A DNA stretch of 64,000 nucleotides from assembly GCF_011745625.1 (NCBI RefSeq), contig NW_027191452.1:496001-560000 (forward strand), read 5' to 3'. The notes beneath the pieces were generated by a model. That model did not search any database and was not told the DNA's origin. It saw only the letters and a program-made list of their open reading frames with translations. How positions within the stretch are numbered: position 1 is the first letter of the stretch; each line of letters starts with the position of its first letter. Below are positions 57,673 to 64,000 of the stretch, one piece after another. Source of the DNA: Cladosporium halotolerans. Lineage: Eukaryota. The position numbers were made by a program, and so were the translations under genes.

Positions 57673-59204
57673 CTAGCAGGCGAATGGTGCCGCCAGCTCT
57701 CCGCTCGCATACGCGTCCACGATCGCCCGAACGGTCACGTACATGCCAGCGATGCAAATGAATGCCCCAACAGCAATCGTGGCGATACATAGCGTCGTCT
57801 GGAACCAGTGTCGACCCCAGCCCGGACGTCCGTCGCCGTAGTGATACTCGTCGTGAAGCCAGAAGAAGCCGGCGCTGCAAACCATCAGTAAAAGTTCGGC
57901 GTCGGTCCCAGGAAACGCAACACTCACATCCCATACGTAAACCACGCCGCGAAGAGCGACGCCGCAATCCCGATCAAGTAATTGAATATCGGAACCCCCA
58001 CCGCCAGCACGAACGCCGCGCCGTTCATCACCACCACCAGCGCCGCCCACACGCCCCAGCCCAGCGCCGTGTGCGAGTGCAGATGCTTCGAATGCCGGAA
58101 CACCCGCACGAAGACCAGCTTGCTCGCCGTGTGCGCGTACAGGCTGCCGGCGAGCAGGAAGTTGGGCAGCGCGAGGCCGTACGCGGCTTTTTGCCATTTC
58201 GGCTGGAGCGAGGTGAAGGAGGGCGAGGCGACGGCGCGGCCGAGGTAGGCGTAGGTTACGGCGGCGAAGACGGCGTAGAAGGTTGTCGCCGTGGCTTGCA
58301 GGGTGTAGGCGGCTTTCATGGCGTCTTGGGGGCGGCGCATTTCGGAGACGAGGATGAAGAACCTGGGAGGGTGGATGAGTATTTGTGAGGAGGGGCGTTG
58401 AGAGAGGGATGAGAGGATTACATGAAATGACCGGCGTAGGAGAAGACGGGGTTGGTAACGGAGATGAAGGCATCGTAGAAGGTGGTCGTCCGCACGATGT
58501 CGACCTCTCGGTTTGGCTCGGGGTACAAGCCTGCGCCGACCATGCCGACGATGCCAGCGACAATGATGCTGCAGACGCTAGCGATGCTGAGCCAACTCAG
58601 CTTGTCAAAGGTTCTCGGGAAAGAGCAGGCCAAGGTAGGGATGGCGAAGATGCCTGTGTAAAGCATGGTGCAGAGCTTGTTGTCACTCAGGGAGGCCAAT
58701 GCGATCTGCCCGGCGAGCAACTGTCCACCCGTGGCGAAGATGGCGAAGACGACTGTCCCGAATGCTAGCAGCTCGCGTCCGATGGGTCCAAAGAGGATGT
58801 TGCCTGCGTCGCCCATGGTATGGACCTCTGGATGGTTCATTTTGAACTTTACGAGCAACCAGCTGGTGTATGTTGCGAAGATGCCGAGAAAAACGATCAA
58901 GATCAGACCGGGAACCATACCTACCACCGCAAGAGATGAGGGGAGTGAAAGCATGCCTTTCTAGATAATTAGCCACAGTGAGATAGAGCGAGATCCTCGA
59001 TAGACGAGTCTTCGTTGAGATCCTACCATTCGAAACGATCTCAGCAATCATCAACACAGCTACCATGCCCCAGCTGAGAGTCTTGTAGCGGATATCGTGC
59101 CCTTCTTCATGACCAAAGACATCTTCATCATCGTACCCGACAGGTCGAGCAGTATTGTAAACATGCCGCGAGTCGTACTCGTATGGCTCGAATTTGCCAG
59201 CCAT
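57673..59204 (-). CDS. Amino-acid permease (Aa_trans/AAAP, mtr-like), 4 exons
   Basis: Introns 59026-58957, 58421-58363 and 57927-57875. IRYKTLSW, IAEIVSNGMLSLP, HPEVHTMGDAG, FSYAGHFMFFILVSEMRRP. Confidence 0.92.
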
Positions 59205-60041
59205 CTCGATTTATTTGGTCTTCAGCTCTGGAGAATGGAGATGTCGACAGCAGAACACAGAAAGGAAGATTACGCATCGCACACGGCACATGGCCATGTC
59301 ATGCAATGCAGATCGAAGCAGCGACCCATGTTGTAACGCGGCTGAAGTACTGATAAGCGTTGGCTGCGGCCAAGGGGCAGTCTCGTCTTCGCGTCAAGTC
59401 TGTGTCGACACCGCCTGGGAGACGGTGGGCGGGGGAGGTGGACATGGGATGGAGCGCCGCGCTATGCCAAGTACAGTAGGTCGAGGTCCGCGCGACGGGT
59501 CGTTGATTGGGTCAAGACACGAGGGCGGAAGGATACCGTGAGGCCGGCAGCTCTTGAACACGGCCTGATATATTTCAGTGTGGACCAGCCAGACCCAGAT
59601 CGATACGCATCCTCTCGGCCTTTGCTCTCCTATCAAAGGTACAACAGGTGCAGTGGGAGAGCTTATGAATGTCCGTGTTTGCCTCAGGCCGCCAGGCATT
59701 CAAAGCAGGTAAATTGGGAAAATTGCTCTAAGAAAGGCGTAGCAACAATAGACGATCTAGTGTAGCGAAACTCTGCGCTCAATCAATATAGCAAGGGTGT
59801 TGCCATGATAACAACACAAGAGAGTGTCTTATCAAGATGGTGTACTCGATGTGTTGGAGGACTGCTTGGTGTTTAGCCCGCGTGGCCAGCCAGCCAGGCT
59901 TGTTCCCCGTCCGCGACCGCACCAAAGCGCAACTCTTGGCGGTCTTTTGCAGCGAAGCGCACCGATTTACAAAATTCGCCGGCGCTCTGATCAGAGCTTC
60001 TCCTCGACACGACCGGCCTCCAAGCAGTCAACACCGCCAAC

Positions 60042-61145
60042 ATGCCTTTCGTAAGTCTCGCGCACAGTGTCGAGCAGTCGCATCTCTCGCACACACCCTA
60101 CGCACCGGAATGAGTCGTCGCAAGATGCTTCGGATGGATGCGGTCTGAAGCGCAAATTGCTGACTCGAGGATTCTTTACAGACCAAGTTGGTCAAGAACT
60201 CCGCCTACTTCAGGTAAGCAATCGCGCACTCCCCTCTCACTGACCATCACTCGAAGCAGCCGCTGACATCCTACCAGCCGCTACCAGGTGAAGTACGCCC
60301 GCAGACGCGCGGGTAAGACCGACTACTACGCCCGCAAGCGCCTCATCACCCAGGCCAAGAACAAGTACAATGCGCCCAAGTACCGCCTGGTGATCCGCTT
60401 CACCAACCGCGACATCGTCGCCCAGATCGTCACCTCCGAGATCACCGGCGACAAGGTATTCGTCTCCGCCTACGCCCACGAGCTCAAGGCCTACGACATC
60501 ACCCACGGTCTCACCAACTGGGCCGCCGCCTACTGCGTCGGTCTCCTGGTCGCCCGCCGCGCTCTCGTCAAGCTTGGCCTGGACAAGGCTTTCACTGGTG
60601 TTGAGGAGGCCGACGGCGAGTTCACCGAGACTGAGCCCGCCGAGGTCGACGGTGAGGAGCGCCGCCCCTTCAAGTGCTACCTCGACGTCGGTCTTGTCCG
60701 CACCTCCACTGGTGCCCGCGTCTTCGGTGCCATGAAGGGTGCCTCCGACGGTGGTATCCTCATCCCCCACTCCGAGAAGCGTTTCCCCGGTTACGACATC
60801 GAGTCCAAGGAGCTCGACGCCGAGACCCTCCGCAAGTACATCTTCGGCGGCCACGTCGCTGAGTACATGGAGACCCTCGCCGATGACGACGAGGAGCGCT
60901 ACAAGTCCCAGTTCACCGGCTACATCGACGACGAGATCGAGGCCGACGGTCTTGAGGAGCTCTACGCCGAGGCCCACAAGGCCATCCGCGAGGACCCCTT
61001 CAAGAAGGTTGAGGGTGAGGAGCCTAAGAAGTCCAAGGACGAGTGGAAGGCCGAGAGCAAGAAGTTCAAGCAGAACAAGCTCACCAAGGCCCAGCGCGAG
61101 GAGCGCGTCCAGGAGAAGATCAAGGCTCTCTCCGCTGAGAACTAA
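60042..61145 (+). CDS. RPL5: 60S ribosomal protein L5 (uL18), 3 exons
   Basis: Exons 60042-60050, 60182-60213 and 60278-61145. [30 protein letters not shown]; strong codon bias. Confidence 0.97.
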
Positions 61146-61882
61146 GCGTCTTGATATTTGTCAAGGCATTCTCAACAGCGAACTCTCAAAATAAAGGCAG
61201 GCGTTTCTAGGGGCGCATGGCTTTGCTTTGGTGGATTCGGCTATGAGTTCGAGCAGTCAATCACAAAAGTCCACCTTTCACGCAAAGACGACCAGATCTC
61301 ACCATCAATGGTGTCCACTTTCGTAGCTCGTTCCACTTGGAACAGCGTTTTATGATACCCACTTCTACCACCACTTTGCCGAGGCAACTTTCCCTTCTCC
61401 CAGATCTGTCAAATTCGTTCCCGTGTGTTTCCCCGCATGTTTCTCCGTCTGCGCCCCACACCCCCGCTGTGACTGTGGCGCTCGACTCCGTTTTGAAGTC
61501 CCGGCCACGCCGACCTCGTACGCCTCGTTCCCACATGCCCATCAACCCTGCAGACGCCATCGGCTGAGGCGGCTCGGCAAGGTGCTGCAATTAGGCGAAA
61601 GGCAGCTCCTCAGCCGCGGTTGAGAGGTCACGCAGCGTCTTGTTGGCCAAGGTCTGGTGTTGATTGCCCCGGTAATGTCGGCTACTGCTCTGCCCGATAA
61701 GGTACACAACACGCCAGGTGGTACAAGGTAGGCGTCTTTCTTGCTTCGTTACTCCAGCACGAATCCCATCTGTCTGCATAGAATATCTCCGGGAGGCCAT
61801 TTCTTGTTTGTCTTGCTTCCATTGCGATAGACGTTGTGGTTACCCAACGGACCCAGCCTGCTACACGTCGACAGCTCCCACA

Positions 61883-63636
61883 ATGCCTTGGAAGTCGCGC
61901 TGGCAGATTGACATTCCTACAGTTTCTCTACCGACCTACCTCTTCGGAGCTCAAGATGCCACTCTCTCCGACCAGCCCATCATTCTCGACGCCGAGCAAC
62001 CGTCTTACTACCTCTCACACCAGACGTACCGGGAGTGGTCGAAAAGGCTGGCTGCGGGATTAAAAGCGCGTGGATTCAAAGATGGCGACCGATTGCTGTT
62101 ATACTCCGGCAACACAATTTTCTTCCCGACCGTCCTGATGGGCACTGTTATGGCAGGCGGCATCTTCAGCGGCGCAAACCCAACCTACGTAGCGAGAGAG
62201 CTGGCCTACCAGCTGCAAGATACCGAGGCCAAATTCCTCATCACATCCGAAGGCAGCCTCCAAACCGCCCTCGAAGCCGCCCAAAGCATCGGCTACCCCC
62301 GCGACCGCATCTTCACCTTCGACGGCGGCTACGCCACCTTCGACGGCAAAGGCCAGCCCTCGCAGGGAATCCAGCACTGGACCTCGCTCCTCGCCCCCCC
62401 CTCCTCCGCCTCCTCCTACCGCTGGAAGGAATTCTCCTCGCCCGCCGAAGCGCACCAAACCGTCGTCCTCAACTACTCCAGCGGCACGACGGGCGTGCCC
62501 AAGGGCGTCGAGATCACCCACCTCAACTACGTCGCCAACTGCACGCAGACCGACCACGTCGCCTCCCTCGACCCGGACCACGCCGCCGCCGACGCCCGCG
62601 CCCGCGGCCTCTCCATGCTGCCCATGTACCACGCCTACGGCCAGACCGTCCACTGCGTCTCCGCGCCCCGCCGCGCCATCCCCGTCTACGTCATGCAGAA
62701 GTTCGACTTCGCCCGCATGCTCGCCCACATCCAGACGTACCGCATCACGGCGCTGACGCTCGTGCCGCCCATCGTCGTCGCGCTCGCGAAGCGGCCCGAA
62801 GCGCGGCTCTTCGACTTATCCTCCGTGGAAAGCGCAGGCTGCGGCGCGGCGCCGCTGGGCCGCGAGCCGCAGGTCGAGTTCGAGAGCCTGTGGCCGCAGG
62901 GCCAGGTCAATCTCAAGCAGGGCTGGGGCATGACGGAGATCACGTGCAGCGCGTGCGGGATGGAGCCGACTGCTGTCGCGGCGGATGCGACGGTGGGGGA
63001 GCTGAATCCGAACATCGAGGCGAGGATTGTGGGCGAGGAGGGCGAGGAGGTCGGGGTCGGCGCGAGGGGGGAGTTCTGGGTCAGGGGCCCGAATGTCATG
63101 AAGGGGTATTGGCGGAAGCCGGAGGCGACGGCGGAGACGTTGACGGCGGATGGATGGTTGAAGACGGGGGACGTGGCGTATAGGGATGAGAGGGGGTTTG
63201 TGTATATTGTTGATCGGAAGAAGGTGAGTGGGCTGGGCCGGTGGAAGAGAATGTCTTGTGAGAAGGGTGGTTGGCTGACCGTTGATCGCGACAGGAACTC
63301 ATCAAAGTCAAAGGCAACCAAGTCGCGCCCGCCGAGCTCGAAGCCCTGCTGCTCGACCACCCGGCCGTGCAAGACGCCGCCGTCGTCGGCGTCACGATCA
63401 ACGGCGAGGAGCTCCCGCGCGCGTACGTCGCGCTGCAAGCGGATCAGACCGCCACGCCGCGCGAGATCGCGGACTGGCTGGCGCAGAAAGTCGCGAGGCA
63501 CAAGCGGCTGGCGGGCGGGGTGAAGTTCGTCGATGCGATACCGAAGAACCCCTCGGGCAAGATTTTGCGCAAGGCGTTAAGGGATTTGGCGAAGACGGAG
63601 GTTGGCGATGGGCCGGTTAGGGAGAGTAGGCTGTAA
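61883..63636 (+). CDS. Peroxisomal AMP-dependent acyl-CoA ligase (4-coumarate/phenylacetate-CoA ligase-like), 2 exons
   Basis: YSSGTTGVPKGV, QGWGMTE, GWLKTGD. Intron 63224-63294 joins DRKK to ELIKVKG; PKNPSGKILR; C-terminal SRL (PTS1). Confidence 0.93.
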
Positions 63637-64000
63637 GTGGGAATGGAGGGGTTGATTGGATACATCGTTACACGGTTGGATGTTCGAGCGCGGTGTTGAT
63701 GCGTCTTGCGTTCTCGGCATGTTTTGATAGAGCTATCCTGGCCATGAACCTGCGTACAAGAGCACTTACTGTCGAAAAACTTCGACTGTCCCCATCAACC
63801 GCAAGCCGAAAACCAATATCCCATCATTCCCTTTCCAATCGTATTACCAAAAGCCAATCTCGCATCGCATCATCGAATATCATGCCCAAACCGAGAGGTA
63901 TCAAGTTGAAAGAAAAAAACGCCGTCGCTGCTTCAAACCCCAAGTCTCATCGTCATCAACCTCGTTCGCCTGTGCAGTAGAAGGCCTTCAGCGGAAGCAG

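Noticed and set aside
60051..60181. Intronic C/D snoRNA in RPL5 intron 1
   Set aside because: CTGA is present, but there is no RTGATGA box C at a suitable distance.
60237..60977. 246-aa minus-strand ORF and similar long antisense ORFs (e.g. 14772-15662, 48155-48790, 62099-62728)
   Set aside because: Shadow ORFs produced by strong codon bias in the sense genes.
56378..63636. Secondary-metabolite cluster (AKR, permease, acyl-CoA ligase)
   Set aside because: No backbone synthase or cluster regulator, and RPL5 lies in the middle.
63882..64000. Possible gene start MPKPRGIKLKEK at the window edge
   Set aside because: The frame stops at 63980 and no convincing donor is visible; it cannot be supported without downstream sequence.

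Overview
Gene-dense, intron-containing DNA from a filamentous ascomycete. Gene content and short GT-AG introns with CTRAC/CTAAT branch sites suggest a Dothideomycete; this placement is inference. I reconstruct about 27 protein-coding genes by hand: F-box-like, TMEM135-like, BTB, exomer ChAP (Bch1/Bud7), HIR3, a divergent GT2 + GH16 pair, a PA-TM-RING-H2 ligase, TOM6, two orphans, YKT6, class II aldolase, SDR, DUF3074, sterol O-acyltransferase, a brefeldin A esterase-like hydrolase, KRE6/SKN1, DPH1, BUD32, a small secreted protein, an EamA transporter, AKR7, an amino-acid permease, RPL5 and a peroxisomal acyl-CoA ligase. I recognised no tRNA, rRNA, CRISPR or intact transposon. Most notable observations: (1) a hidden six-exon Cys/His-repeat gene at 51245-51945 in which every intron splits a His codon and which carries two lesions; (2) a head-to-head processive GT2 / membrane-anchored GH16 pair that may be an uncharacterised glucan module; (3) a Ykt6 naturally carrying Glu at the position of yeast F42; (4) an intronless close relative of bacterial brefeldin A esterase; (5) a 51-bp coding-type tandem repeat beyond an orphan gene's stop codon. 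Family assignments come from motif recognition and recalled reference sequences, not database searches.
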